The notes: generated by a model from the sequence alone, not told the origin. A stretch of DNA of 64,000 nucleotides from Candidatus Palauibacter soopunensis (GCF_947581735.1 NZ_CANPVT010000024.1:52243-116242); one strand, 5' to 3'; counted from the stretch's first letter, positions 1 to 9,203 are shown. Numbers and translations: made by a program.

Positions 1-190
1 TGAGCCCATCCCGGATTTCTTCGGCGATGCGCTCCCCGAAACGGCGGTCGACCGGCTCGGTCGCCGCGACGGGCGCGACAAGGATCGTCAGGTCGCTCGT
101 CTGCGCTTCGAGCGCCCGAGGCGCCGCCGGAAGGGAGAGGACGGCGACCCCGGCCGCCACCCACGGGAGAATGTTCCGCGTGCTTCTCAT
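1..190 (-). CDS. Partial CDS (N-terminus only, runs off the window edge): exported protein of unknown function
   Basis: Reverse-strand ATG at 190-188, preceded by GAGG 6 nt upstream. It reads MRSTRNILPWVAAGVAVLSLPAAPRALEAQ..., a signal-peptide-like start. The frame is open to position 1. It is absent from the ORF track because there is no stop in the window. Confidence 0.35.
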   Translation of the reverse strand, partial: MRSTRNILPWVAAGVAVLSLPAAPRALEAQTSDLTILVAPVAATEPVDRRFGERIAEEIRDGL

Positions 191-332
191 CGATTACCTC
201 GGACCGTTCGTGCAACAGACAGCGCACGGATCACAGGGCCGTGCGACACACCAAAACCGGCATTACTTCGAAACAAGGGTATCAAGGTCGATTAATGCAA
301 GCCGCCGCCGCGCGCAAGTCGCGATCCGAGGA

Positions 333-800
333 TCACTGCGCCAGCTTCTCACGCACACAGCCCGTGAAGCGATTGAACATAACATTCGAGACCGATTGAA
401 TCACGCCGCCGCGCCCGAACGACGCCAGCCGTCCGGTCAGCGCGATGGACTGCGACACCCATATCCGGGTTCCTCCGACCCCCTCCTCTTCTACAGACCG
501 GAGTTGACTCAACATCGTCATTCTCACGTTGCCGCTGCCGCGGCGATCCCGTCCCTCTCCCGTCATCTTCATGTGATGCCGCCGGGCATCGAGTTCGTCG
601 AAGCGGATCTCGCCCAGGAAGCGGGTCCCGATGGGGCCGAGCTTGAGCCCGATCTCGCCCCGGTACGTACGCTCGTCAACGGCTTCGAGCAGTGTCGCGC
701 CCGGCAGGCACTCGACGATGCGCTCGGGATCCGTCAGAAAGCTCCAGACCTCGTCCACGCTCTGCGGGACATCGAAACTCTTTTCTATCTCGATCGCCAT
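333..800 (-). CDS. SRPBCC-family protein, CoxG-like (carbon monoxide dehydrogenase subunit G family)
   Basis: 155 aa with an ATG start. The N-terminus MAIEIEKSFDVPQSVDEVWSFLTDPERIVECLPGA is typical of the CoxG/SRPBCC fold. It lies divergent to a CoxD/CoxE-like pair. Confidence 0.8.
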   Translation of the reverse strand: MAIEIEKSFDVPQSVDEVWSFLTDPERIVECLPGATLLEAVDERTYRGEIGLKLGPIGTRFLGEIRFDELDARRHHMKMTGEGRDRRGSGNVRMTMLSQLRSVEEEGVGGTRIWVSQSIALTGRLASFGRGGVIQSVSNVMFNRFTGCVREKLAQ

Positions 801-975
801 CGTCGTTCCTCGGAGGTTTGCGTGTGCGTGGAGCGAAGCCGGACGGGAACGGATCGCGGGTCGGGCGTCGTCTCCGGGGGAGCGGTTATATTGCCGGGAG
901 CGGCTCTACCGCGGATCGGCTTCCACCGGAAGCTGAGATCGCCGCGTCGCACCCGCAACCGGGGAGGTCGTCGCC

Positions 976-1860
976 TTGCAACCGGACATCGCGAAGATCA
1001 TCGAGGAACTCGAAGCGGTGGGCTACATCGCCGACCGCGGGATCGCGACGGCCGTCCATCTCGGCCTCGCCATGGAGAAACCGCTCCTCGTCGAGGGGGC
1101 CGCCGGCGTCGGCAAGACCGAGATCGCCAAGGCGGTCTCCATGTGGCTCGGGGCGGAACTCATTCGTCTCCAGTGCTACGAGGGGCTCGACCTTCCCACG
1201 GCCCTCTACGAGTGGAACTACCAGAAGCAGCTCCTCCACATCCGCCTTCAGGACGGCGACGGCGATGCCGAGGCGGTCCAGCGTACGATCTTCGGGCCGG
1301 ACTTTCTTCTCGAGCGGCCGCTCCTGCGCGCGATTCGCTGCGAGACGCGTCCGGTCCTTCTCATCGATGAGGTGGACCGGGCGGACGAGGAGTTCGAGGC
1401 GTTCCTGCTCGAGTTGCTGTCGGACTTCCAGGTCTCGATTCCGGAACTGGGCACGGTCGAGGCGCGGACGCGGCCCGTCGTCGTGCTCACATCGAACGGG
1501 ACGCGCGAGCTGTCCGACGCGCTGCGGCGGCGCTGTCTCTATCTGTGGATCGATTATCCGGAGCCGAAGCGAGAGGTCGAGATCCTGCGGCGGCGACGCC
1601 CGGACATCGCGGCCGCCCGGGCGCGGGAGGCCGTGAAGCTGGCCCAGCGGCTGCGGCGCGAACGGCTCGCGAAGCCCCCCGGTGTGGCGGAGACGCTGGA
1701 TTTCGCCGCGGCTCTGGAGCACCTGGGGCCGGACCCCCTGCGCCCGGCGACGGCGCGCGACGCGATCGGGGCGCTCGTGAAGGACCCGAACGACCTCGCC
1801 GGGCTGACGGAGGAGCGGCTGGAGGAATTGCTCGCCCCGCCGGGGGACGGGGGGCGTTGA
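976..1860 (+). CDS. MoxR/CoxD-like AAA+ ATPase
   Basis: 294 aa. Walker A is GAAGVGKTEIAK and Walker B is VLLIDEVDRAD. The TTG start has GGGGAGG about 9 nt upstream. Confidence 0.9.
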   Translation: MQPDIAKIIEELEAVGYIADRGIATAVHLGLAMEKPLLVEGAAGVGKTEIAKAVSMWLGAELIRLQCYEGLDLPTALYEWNYQKQLLHIRLQDGDGDAEAVQRTIFGPDFLLERPLLRAIRCETRPVLLIDEVDRADEEFEAFLLELLSDFQVSIPELGTVEARTRPVVVLTSNGTRELSDALRRRCLYLWIDYPEPKREVEILRRRRPDIAAARAREAVKLAQRLRRERLAKPPGVAETLDFAAALEHLGPDPLRPATARDAIGALVKDPNDLAGLTEERLEELLAPPGDGGR

Positions 1861-2996
1861 CGCCGGAGCGCGTCGTCGACCTGGGCCGGCGACTGCGCGG
1901 CGAAGGCGTGGCCTGCGCGCTCTCCGAGTCCACGGCGGCCATCGCCGCGCTCCCGCATATCGACACGGAGGACATGGAGGACGTCAGAGCGGGCCTCCGC
2001 GCGGCCTTCTGCTCGAGCGCCGCGGACCTCGAGATCTTCGAGCGCTGCTTCCCCGCGTGGTGGCGGGGAGGGCAACCGTCATCCGCTGTCGAGGATCTCC
2101 TGTCGAAGGCCGCGGCGGACCGGGGGGACCGGCCAGCGGCCAGCGCGCTTTCCGTGCCGGACGGGCCCATGGCGGTGGCCCGCGACGATTTCGGGGAGCA
2201 GATGCGCGACGAGCCGGACTCCCGGGAGCGCCCGATCGGCGCCGTGTACAGCGCCGCCCACTCGCTCGCGCGGCGCTCCTTCGCCTCGATCGGCGACGAG
2301 GAACTGCGCGAGGTCGACGCCTGGCTCGAGCGGCTGATGGTGCGGCTGTCCACGCGACGCAGCCGCCGACTGGAGCCCGGAGGCCGCCGGGGGCCGATCG
2401 ACGTGCGGAGAACGCTGAGGTCGCTCGTCGCGCACGAGGGCGAGCTCGTTCGCCTGGCGCGGCGGCGACGACGGCACGTACCACCGCAACTGGTCGTCCT
2501 GTGCGACGTGAGCGGCTCGATGGAGCGCTACAGTCGCTTCCTGCTGCGTTTCCTTCTGGGGTGCGGCCGAGCGCGAGACATCCAGACCTTCGCGTTCAGC
2601 ACCCGTCTCACGCACCTCACGCCGTGGCTGGCCGGCGAAGAGATCGATCCCGCGCTGGATCGCCTGCGGGCCCGCGGCTGGTCGAGCGGGACCCGGATCG
2701 GCGAGTGCCTGGAGACGTTCGTGACCCGGCACGGCCAGCGGATGCTCAGCCGGCGGACGCTCGTCATCATCCTCTCCGACGGACTCGACCAGGGCGAGGT
2801 CGAACCCCTCCGGCGCGCCTTGGGTTGGATTCCGCGGCGCGCGCGCCGGGTGATCTGGCTCAATCCCCTGCTCGAGAGTTCGCGCTACGCGCCCGAAGCC
2901 AGGGGCATGCGCACCGCGCTCCCGTACGTGGACTACTTCCAGTCAGGGCACAGCCTCGAAGCGCTGAGGACGCTCCCGGGGCTGCTCAGATTGTGA
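1857..2996 (+). CDS. VWA domain protein, CoxE-like
   Basis: MIDAS-type motif LVVLCDVSGSMERYSRF, and the C-terminal NPLLES...YAP is typical of VWA_CoxE. The TTG at 1857 overlaps the moxR stop as TTGA. The ORF-track start at 1545 would overlap moxR by more than 300 nt, so the start is uncertain. Confidence 0.8.
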   Translation: MTPERVVDLGRRLRGEGVACALSESTAAIAALPHIDTEDMEDVRAGLRAAFCSSAADLEIFERCFPAWWRGGQPSSAVEDLLSKAAADRGDRPAASALSVPDGPMAVARDDFGEQMRDEPDSRERPIGAVYSAAHSLARRSFASIGDEELREVDAWLERLMVRLSTRRSRRLEPGGRRGPIDVRRTLRSLVAHEGELVRLARRRRRHVPPQLVVLCDVSGSMERYSRFLLRFLLGCGRARDIQTFAFSTRLTHLTPWLAGEEIDPALDRLRARGWSSGTRIGECLETFVTRHGQRMLSRRTLVIILSDGLDQGEVEPLRRALGWIPRRARRVIWLNPLLESSRYAPEARGMRTALPYVDYFQSGHSLEALRTLPGLLRL

Positions 2997-3026
2997 CTGG
3001 AGAAGGAAGGAACGGAGTTGGAGACG

Positions 3027-3066
3027 ATCGCGACGGGACCCGGACGACTCCGAGTCCCGTCGCGAT
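3027..3066. terminator. Perfect 13-bp inverted repeat (ATCGCGACGGGAC / GTCCCGTCGCGAT, 14-nt loop) between convergent genes; candidate bidirectional terminator hairpin
   Basis: Arms are at 3027-3039 and 3054-3066, between the VWA stop (2996) and the HU stop (3073). There is no U-tract on either side. Confidence 0.45.
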
Positions 3067-3072
3067 GCCGTT

Positions 3073-3366
3073 CTAGGCTCGGACGCGGTCCTTGAGCCCC
3101 TTGCCCGCCTTGAACGTGGGAACGTTCATGGCCGCGATCTGAATCGACGCGCCGGTCTGAGGGTTCCGACCCATGCGCGCCTTGCGGTGCCGGGTCCCGA
3201 ACGTGCCGAAGCCTGTGACCGTGAAGTCGCGGCCGGCGTCAAGCTCGCCTGCGATGATCCCCTTGCCTGCATCCGTCGAGAAAATGCAGTCGATCACATC
3301 CCGCGCGCTGGCTTTGCTCAGGCCGGCCTGCGAGGCGAGCTTCGCCGCGAAATCGTCTTTGGTCAT
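3073..3366 (-). CDS. hup: HU/IHF-family nucleoid-associated DNA-binding protein
   Basis: 97 aa. GFGTFGTRHRKARMGRNPQTGASIQIAAMNVPTFKAGKGLKD is the HU beta-arm signature. GGGAGAA lies upstream of the ATG. Confidence 0.9.
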   Translation of the reverse strand: MTKDDFAAKLASQAGLSKASARDVIDCIFSTDAGKGIIAGELDAGRDFTVTGFGTFGTRHRKARMGRNPQTGASIQIAAMNVPTFKAGKGLKDRVRA

Positions 3367-3414
3367 CCTGGGTTCTCCCTGTTGAAAGTAAGCTCCGACC
3401 AGCGATCCGGGCGC

Positions 3415-3443
3415 ATAATTCGCCCACCATGGCCGGATTGCAA
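3415..3443 (-). promoter_or_regulatory. Candidate sigma70-type promoter for the HU gene
   Basis: On the reverse strand: TTGCAA (3443-3438), a 17-nt spacer, then AATTAT (3420-3415), about 50 nt upstream of the HU ATG. This is a pattern match only. Confidence 0.3.
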
Positions 3444-3478
3444 GTGCGGCGCGCGATTCCGCCCGCGGAAGGGTCCGG

Positions 3479-3802
3479 CTAGTGGGCGTCCGCCGAGAAC
3501 ACTTTCCGCGTCATCGTGACGCCCGCGAGCTTGAAGACCACCTTCCCGATCCGGCCCAGCAGCATTGTCGGCAGGGCCGTGGGCACGACGGTCCCCCACA
3601 CCGTGCGCAGGAATCCACTCTCTCCTCCCAGGCCGCCGAGGGCGAGCCGCAGCACCGCGAAGATGCCGAGGAACACGACGAAATTGAGCAGAAGCCCCAG
3701 CACCTGGCGGCCGGGTGATCCGGTCTCCGCGTCGTAGAGGCCGCCGAAGAAGACCGCAGCCACAAGCCAGAAGATGCAGATTGCCAAGAGCCAGTCGATC
3801 AA
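3479..3802 (-). CDS. Small multi-pass membrane protein, unknown function
   Basis: Hydrophobic segments IDWLLAICIFWLVAAVFFGG, VLGLLLNFVVFLGIFAVL and VWGTVVPTALPTMLL. The TTG at 3802 has GGAGG 5 nt upstream. The ORF-track ATG at 3856 lacks an SD. Confidence 0.45.
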   Translation of the reverse strand: MIDWLLAICIFWLVAAVFFGGLYDAETGSPGRQVLGLLLNFVVFLGIFAVLRLALGGLGGESGFLRTVWGTVVPTALPTMLLGRIGKVVFKLAGVTMTRKVFSADAH

Positions 3803-3926
3803 TGGTGCCTCCGTGTCGGAAAAACAGGTCGGATCGGATCGGGGACGGAGGAACATACATGGCTTCCGGCGATCCTCGAAAGTAGCTTGCCCCCGCGGCT
3901 CCGAAACGCTCTCTCGAGAGGGTCAC

Positions 3927-5030
3927 ATGAAAGCGCCTTCACTTACGCTCGGGATCGAAGAGGAATACCAGGTCGTCCATCCGGAGACCGGCGAACTCAC
4001 GTCGTTCATCACCGAGATTCTCGAAGGTGATGAGGAGACGCGCGAGCAGATTCACCCGGAGCTTCATCAGGCCTGCGTGGAGACGGCGAGCGAGGTCTGC
4101 CGGGATGTGGCGGAGGCGCGCGAGGAGGTGCTGCGCATGCGCCGCCTCGTCAGCGGCACGGTCGCCGAAAAGGGGCTCGCCATCGTGGCCGCGGGCACCC
4201 ATCCCTTCTCGACCTGGGAGCAGCAGGACATCACGCCGCTCGCGCGCTACGTCGGGTTGCGCGAGGACCTGCAGCAGGTCGCCGAGCGGAACCTGATCTT
4301 CGGCACCCACATCCATGTGGGCATCGAGGACCGGGACTTCATGGTCGACGCGATGAACGTCTCGCGGTACTTCCTCCCCCACGTGCTCGCGCTCTCCACG
4401 AGTTCCCCCTTCTGGGAAGGGTCGAAGACGGGGCTGCACTCCTACCGCAGCATCATCTGGCGGAACTTTCCGCGCACGGGCATCCCGATGAGCTTCGGAA
4501 GCTGGAACGAGTACGAGCACTTCATCGAGACGATGGTCCGCTCGAACACGATCCCGGATTCGAGCAAGATCTGGTGGGACGTCCGTCCCAATCACAAGTT
4601 CCCGACCCTCGAGTTCCGCGTGTGCGACATGTGCACGCGCGTGGAGGAAGTCGTGTGCATCGCCGCCATCTTCCAGGGGATCGTGGCGAAGCTGTGGAAG
4701 CTGCGGCGGGACAACCTCACCTTCCGCCAGTACCCCGAAGTCCTGCTCGCGGAGAACAAGTGGCGCGCGGCCAGGTACGGGCTGACCGGCAAGCTCATCG
4801 ATTTCGGGCGGCAGAGCGAGCATCCGGCGGCGGATCTGATCATCGAGATCATCGAGTGGTTCCTCGACGACGTGGTCGACGAACTCGGCACCCGGGCGGA
4901 GGTGGAATACGCGCTCCGGATCCTCCGGGAAGGGTCGAGTTCGCAGCGGCAGATCGCCGTGTACGAGGAGACCGGCGACGTGCGGGCCGTGGTCCGACAC
5001 CTGATCGCGGAGACCGCCGAAGGCGTCTAG
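3927..5030 (+). CDS. ybdK: Carboxylate-amine ligase, YbdK / glutamate-cysteine ligase family 2
   Basis: The start MKAPSLTLGIEEEYQVVHPETGEL and the internal HIHVGIEDRD are typical of GCS2. The ATG at 3927 lies inside the longer track ORF (3774). Confidence 0.85.
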   Translation: MKAPSLTLGIEEEYQVVHPETGELTSFITEILEGDEETREQIHPELHQACVETASEVCRDVAEAREEVLRMRRLVSGTVAEKGLAIVAAGTHPFSTWEQQDITPLARYVGLREDLQQVAERNLIFGTHIHVGIEDRDFMVDAMNVSRYFLPHVLALSTSSPFWEGSKTGLHSYRSIIWRNFPRTGIPMSFGSWNEYEHFIETMVRSNTIPDSSKIWWDVRPNHKFPTLEFRVCDMCTRVEEVVCIAAIFQGIVAKLWKLRRDNLTFRQYPEVLLAENKWRAARYGLTGKLIDFGRQSEHPAADLIIEIIEWFLDDVVDELGTRAEVEYALRILREGSSSQRQIAVYEETGDVRAVVRHLIAETAEGV

Positions 5031-5053
5031 CGGGCCGCCCGCCAGACGCCGGA

Positions 5054-5479
5054 TCAGGGGACGCGGAACTCCGCCTCGGCAAGGATCCAGCTGCAGCGGG
5101 AACCCGACGGCGGGCGCTCGACGTGCTCGGCCACGATGTCCGCCCCCATCCGGATCTCGACCCTCACGGCCTTCGGGGGACAACCGCCGGCGCCGGCGCG
5201 CACCCAGAGCCGCGCCCCCCGGTTCGCGCCCAGATCCAGTTCCCACTCGCCGACGATGTCGCGGGCGCGGAGTGCGCCTGTCTCGTCGATGTACTGGACG
5301 CGGCAGTCGTCGCTCACGCTGCACGAGACGTGGTAGCCGAGCCGGAAGTCATGGCCCGCCGTCTCCGGCCGCGGTCCGCCCTCCGGCCGGTCGCCCCCGC
5401 CGGCGCAGGCGGCCGAAATCGCGCACAGCACCGCTCCGAGGGCGGCCCGATGCGCCCGCCGGCCGTGCAGTCCCATCAC
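5054..5479 (-). CDS. Hypothetical exported protein / possible lipoprotein
   Basis: The N-terminus MMGLHGRRAHRAALGAVLCAISAACAGGGD is signal-like with Cys candidates. The start (GTG 5479 / ATG 5476) overlaps the aminotransferase stop. Confidence 0.5.
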   Translation of the reverse strand: MMGLHGRRAHRAALGAVLCAISAACAGGGDRPEGGPRPETAGHDFRLGYHVSCSVSDDCRVQYIDETGALRARDIVGEWELDLGANRGARLWVRAGAGGCPPKAVRVEIRMGADIVAEHVERPPSGSRCSWILAEAEFRVP

Positions 5480-6891
5480 ATCATGCCGAGATCCCGCGCC
5501 GTCCGATCGATGCCCGCACGGGCCTTGGTCACGAGCTCGTCGATCTCGTCGCGCGTGATCGTGAGCGGCGGACTCGTGCAGATGACGTCGCGCATGGCGC
5601 GGAATACGACCCCCTCGTCATAGAGATGCTCGTGACAGAGGGCTCCCACCTCGCCCATGGGCTCGAACAGCTCCCGGGCCGTCTTGTCCTTCGAGAGTTC
5701 GACGCTGGCCACGAGTCCGACGCCCCGCACTTCGCCCACGAGCGGGTGGTCGTTCAATTCCCTCAACCGCGCCTGGAAGTAGGGGCCGGTGTCATCTCTC
5801 ACGCGGTCGACGACGCCTTCCTCCTGCATGAGCCGGAGATTCTCCAGGGCCACGGCGGCGGAGACCGGATGGCCCGAATAGGTGTACCCGTGCGGGATCA
5901 CCCCCCCTTCGGCCAGAACGTCGAACACCGCATCGGTCATGAGCACGGCGGACATCGGGAGATAGCCGGAGGTGAGTCCCTTGGCGATCGTCATGAGATC
6001 CGCCTCGATCCCGAACTTCTGGGCGCCGAACCACTCGCCCGTGCGGCCGAAGCCGGTGATCACCTCGTCGCAGACCACGAGCACATCGTTCTCGCGGCAG
6101 ATGCGCTGCACCTCGGGCCAGTAGTTGTCCGGCGGCACGATGACGCCTCCGGCGCCGATGACGGGCTCGCCGATGAACGCCGCCACGCGATCCGCGCCGA
6201 GTTCCGCAATCTTCTCCTCCACCGCCCGCGCCGCCCGCGCCCCGGTCTCCTCCGGCGTCTCGTCCTGCGCTCCCATGGCGAACCAGTAAGGGGGCATGAC
6301 GTGCTCGAAGCCGGGCAGCGGCAGGTCGCCCACCGCGTGCATGGCCTCGAAGCCGCCCAGGCTGGCGGCCGCCATCGTGCTGCCGTGATACGCGTAGGTG
6401 CGGCTGATGAACGTCTTCTTTTCGGGTTTCCCGCGGAGGTCCCAGTATCGGCGGACGAGGCGGACGATGGTGTCGTTCGCCTCGGAGCCGGAACTCGAGA
6501 AGAAGGTGTGCGCGATCGCGCCGGGCGTGAGTTTCGCGAGGACCCGCGACAGCTCGATCGTGGCCGGGGGCGCCGAACGGAAGAACGTGTTGTAGTAGGG
6601 AAGCTCGACCATCTGGTCGTACGCGGCCCTCGCCAGTTCCTCCCGTCCGTAGCCGAGATTCACGCACCACAGGCCACCCATGCCATCGAGGATGCGCCGG
6701 CCGTCGGAGTCGATGAGGTGGCGACCCTCGGCGCCCACGATCACGCGCGTCCCCTTCTCGGCCACGATCCGGGGGTCGATGAAGGGGTGGACGTGATGGC
6801 GTCGGTCGAGGTCCTGCCATTGAGCCGTGGCGGTCCCGGCGGGGGTCGCCGCGGCAGGGCTCTTCGTGGCGGTGTTCGTCGTGGCGGTCAC
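5476..6891 (-). CDS. Class-III (omega) aminotransferase, PLP-dependent
   Basis: 471 aa. SGSEANDTIVRL, VCDEVITGFGRTGEWFG and TIAKGLTSGY (PLP lysine) are present. The GTG start overlaps the upstream stop as GTGA. Confidence 0.9.
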   Translation of the reverse strand: MTATTNTATKSPAAATPAGTATAQWQDLDRRHHVHPFIDPRIVAEKGTRVIVGAEGRHLIDSDGRRILDGMGGLWCVNLGYGREELARAAYDQMVELPYYNTFFRSAPPATIELSRVLAKLTPGAIAHTFFSSSGSEANDTIVRLVRRYWDLRGKPEKKTFISRTYAYHGSTMAAASLGGFEAMHAVGDLPLPGFEHVMPPYWFAMGAQDETPEETGARAARAVEEKIAELGADRVAAFIGEPVIGAGGVIVPPDNYWPEVQRICRENDVLVVCDEVITGFGRTGEWFGAQKFGIEADLMTIAKGLTSGYLPMSAVLMTDAVFDVLAEGGVIPHGYTYSGHPVSAAVALENLRLMQEEGVVDRVRDDTGPYFQARLRELNDHPLVGEVRGVGLVASVELSKDKTARELFEPMGEVGALCHEHLYDEGVVFRAMRDVICTSPPLTITRDEIDELVTKARAGIDRTARDLGMM

Positions 6892-8189
6892 GCGGCGCCT
6901 CCTGGTTGGTTTGTCGGCGCGGACAACATATCAGCCGGCGTCGGCTCCACGAGTCCGAGCGCCGCGTGGAGGAGGACGTTGGCGCCCGCCTCCGCCTGCG
7001 CGGGCGTGATGTTCTCCGCCTCGTTGTGACTGATGCCGCCTTCGCAGGGGACGAAGATCATCCCCGTCGGCGCGACGTCGTTCGTGTGCACGGAGTCGTG
7101 GCCGGCGCCGGCCACCATCGGCATGGAGGAATAACCGCACAGATCCGCCGCCGCGCGGACTGCGTCGATGCACCGGCCGGAAAACTGGACGGGAGGCGAG
7201 CGCCAGACGTCATCGAGCCGCCACGCCGCCCCGCGTTCGAGGCAGGCGTGGTTCGCCGTCTCGCGCAGACACTCTTCCATGTCGTCGAGGGTCGGATCAT
7301 CGGGGTGACGGAGGTCCACGCTGACGGTGACGCTCCCGGGCACCGTGTTCCGCGACGCCGGCTCTGCCGCCATAACGCCGAAGGTCAGCCGTCCGTGCGG
7401 CGCGAAGTCGCGTTCGATGCGGCGATACGCGTCGACGAGGAACCGCCCGAGCACGGCCGCCGGATCCGTCCGCCGGGACATCGGCGTCGACCCCGCGTGC
7501 GCCTCTTCTCCCACGATCGTCAGGTCGAACCAGCGGGCGCCCTGTACGCCCGTCACCACGCCGATCTCGCATCCGCTCTCCTCGAGGATCGGGCCCTGCT
7601 CGATGTGCAGCTCAAGCGCGGCGGCGATCGGGCGGCCCCCGACGGGAACCGCGCCGCGATAGCCGATGCGGTCGATGGCGTCGGACACCGTGACCCCGTC
7701 CGGGTCCGTAGCGCCGAGGGCGTCCGCGAGGTCGAAGCGGGCCGAAAACACGCCCGAGCCCATCATGGCGGGCGGAAAACGGGCGCCTTCCTCGTTCGTC
7801 CAGTTCACCACCTCGATCGGACGAGCCGTCCGGACCCCGTGCTCCTCGAGCGTTTCCGCGACCTCCAGCGCCGCGAGGACGCCGAGCGGCCCGTCGAACC
7901 GGCCCCCCGTAGGCTGGCTGTCGAGGTGGCTCCCGAGCACGAGAGGGGGTCGGCTCTCGGCCGCCCCGGCGCCGCTTGCTTCCCGGCGGGCGAACATGTT
8001 GCCGATCCCGTCGACGGACACCGCGAGGCCCAGCGACTCGGCCCACGACCGGAAGAGATCGCGGGCTCGACGGTCCTCGTCGCTCAGCGCGAGGCGGTGG
8101 ACGCCCCCGGCAGGAGTGGCTCCGATGCGCGCCATCTCCTCGAGGCGTCCCCAGAGCCGGTCTCCGTTCACCCGGAGTGAGGAGATCAA
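6888..8189 (-). CDS. M20-family Zn amidohydrolase (allantoate amidohydrolase / N-carbamoyl-amino-acid / beta-ureidopropionase type)
   Basis: LWGRLEEMARIGATPAGGVHRLALSDEDRRARDLF...GSHLDSQPTGGRFDGPLGV...HNEAE. The track ORF (to 8810) is an over-extension across copD. The TTG at 8189 forms TTGA with the copD stop, and a GTG at 8171 is an alternative start. Confidence 0.85.
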   Translation of the reverse strand: MISSLRVNGDRLWGRLEEMARIGATPAGGVHRLALSDEDRRARDLFRSWAESLGLAVSVDGIGNMFARREASGAGAAESRPPLVLGSHLDSQPTGGRFDGPLGVLAALEVAETLEEHGVRTARPIEVVNWTNEEGARFPPAMMGSGVFSARFDLADALGATDPDGVTVSDAIDRIGYRGAVPVGGRPIAAALELHIEQGPILEESGCEIGVVTGVQGARWFDLTIVGEEAHAGSTPMSRRTDPAAVLGRFLVDAYRRIERDFAPHGRLTFGVMAAEPASRNTVPGSVTVSVDLRHPDDPTLDDMEECLRETANHACLERGAAWRLDDVWRSPPVQFSGRCIDAVRAAADLCGYSSMPMVAGAGHDSVHTNDVAPTGMIFVPCEGGISHNEAENITPAQAEAGANVLLHAALGLVEPTPADMLSAPTNQPGGAA

Positions 8190-9115
8190 TGGGCGGGGGG
8201 TGTCGTACCGGTGAGGATGGCCGTGACGAGGAGAAGCAGGCCCGCCGCGCTCAACTCGACCGTTACGGTCGGCGGGAGGCGGGGCGGATCCCCGGCGTCC
8301 GCGACTCGGCCGCGAGCGCGCCGCCAGTTGTACGCGCCGCAACCCACGATCGCGAGGAGGACGAGGAGCTTCAGACTCAGCGTCCGGCCGTAGGGTTCGG
8401 TCCAGAGCGCCGAGACCGCCCCGAGATGGAGCCACGCCGCGAAGAGTCCGGTGACCGCGATGACCGCCGCCGAGCCCAGCGCGAGCGGCGAGAAGGCCGA
8501 GATCCAGTCGACGACGCGTCGCTTCGATACCGAACCCCCCCGGCGCCGGCCGAAATAAAGGACTCCTGCCATCACGGCCAACGTGCCCAGCCACGCGCCT
8601 CCCGCCACCATGTGGAAGATGTCGGCGGTAATCGCGGGAGTGACGAAGTGTTCGGCACCCGCTGCATGCCCGGCCAACGCCGGCGTGTACGCGAGAAGAG
8701 CCACACACGCCGTCGCCGCGATCCAGCCGAATTCCGCTCGCGCGCCCCGCGTGGCGGCGAGCGCGAAAGCCAGCCCGGAGAGAACGACCGCGGCGACCTG
8801 TGTGAGCCACGCCCGACCCCAGGAAGTCCCGGCCACGAGCAGCCGAACCTCCGCCACCAGGGGTTCGAACGGATCGCGAAAGATGCTCGCCTCCGCCGCG
8901 AGGCGACCCAGGGCGCCCGCGCCGGCGAGCAGGACCGCGAGGGCGCCGATCCGCGCGGCCAGCCTTTCGGGCGCCACGCCGCCGGCTTCATCCTCCTCCG
9001 GCGCGAACCCGGGGAAACGCCGGAGGACGACCAGCTTGAAGGCCACCGCTCCGACCGCGACGAGGAGGCCCGCGAACAGCGCCCAACGCGAGAGCGTGCC
9101 GATCAGAAACCACAT
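8186..9115 (-). CDS. CopD-family polytopic membrane protein
   Basis: About 8 predicted TM segments, and ALAGHAAGAEH...DIFHMVAGGAWLGTL resembles the CopD family. The ATG is at 9115; the TTG at 9127 would abut the tRNA. Confidence 0.6.
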   Translation of the reverse strand: MWFLIGTLSRWALFAGLLVAVGAVAFKLVVLRRFPGFAPEEDEAGGVAPERLAARIGALAVLLAGAGALGRLAAEASIFRDPFEPLVAEVRLLVAGTSWGRAWLTQVAAVVLSGLAFALAATRGARAEFGWIAATACVALLAYTPALAGHAAGAEHFVTPAITADIFHMVAGGAWLGTLAVMAGVLYFGRRRGGSVSKRRVVDWISAFSPLALGSAAVIAVTGLFAAWLHLGAVSALWTEPYGRTLSLKLLVLLAIVGCGAYNWRRARGRVADAGDPPRLPPTVTVELSAAGLLLLVTAILTGTTPPAH

Positions 9116-9128
9116 GTCGGTAACCAAA

Positions 9129-9203
9129 TGGGCGAAGAGGGATTCGAACCCCCGACCTCCTGCTTGTAAGGCAGGCGCTCTGAACCGGCTGAGCTATTCG
9201 CCC
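9129..9203 (-). tRNA. tRNA-Val (anticodon TAC)
   Basis: Hand-folded cloverleaf of 75 nt. Acceptor GGGCGAA/TTCGCCC, D-arm GCTC...GAGC, anticodon stem CCTGC/GCAGG with loop CTTACAA, T-arm GGGGG-TTCGAAT-CCCTC, discriminator A. No CCA is encoded. Confidence 0.9.

Noticed and set aside
6888-8810. 640-aa version of the amidohydrolase, and the 669-aa version of the SPOR lipoprotein (60483-62492).
   Set aside because: The N-terminal extensions overlap copD and rsfS respectively, out of frame, and are low-complexity. Internal starts (8189/8171 and 62075) give normal N-termini, the latter with a signal peptide.
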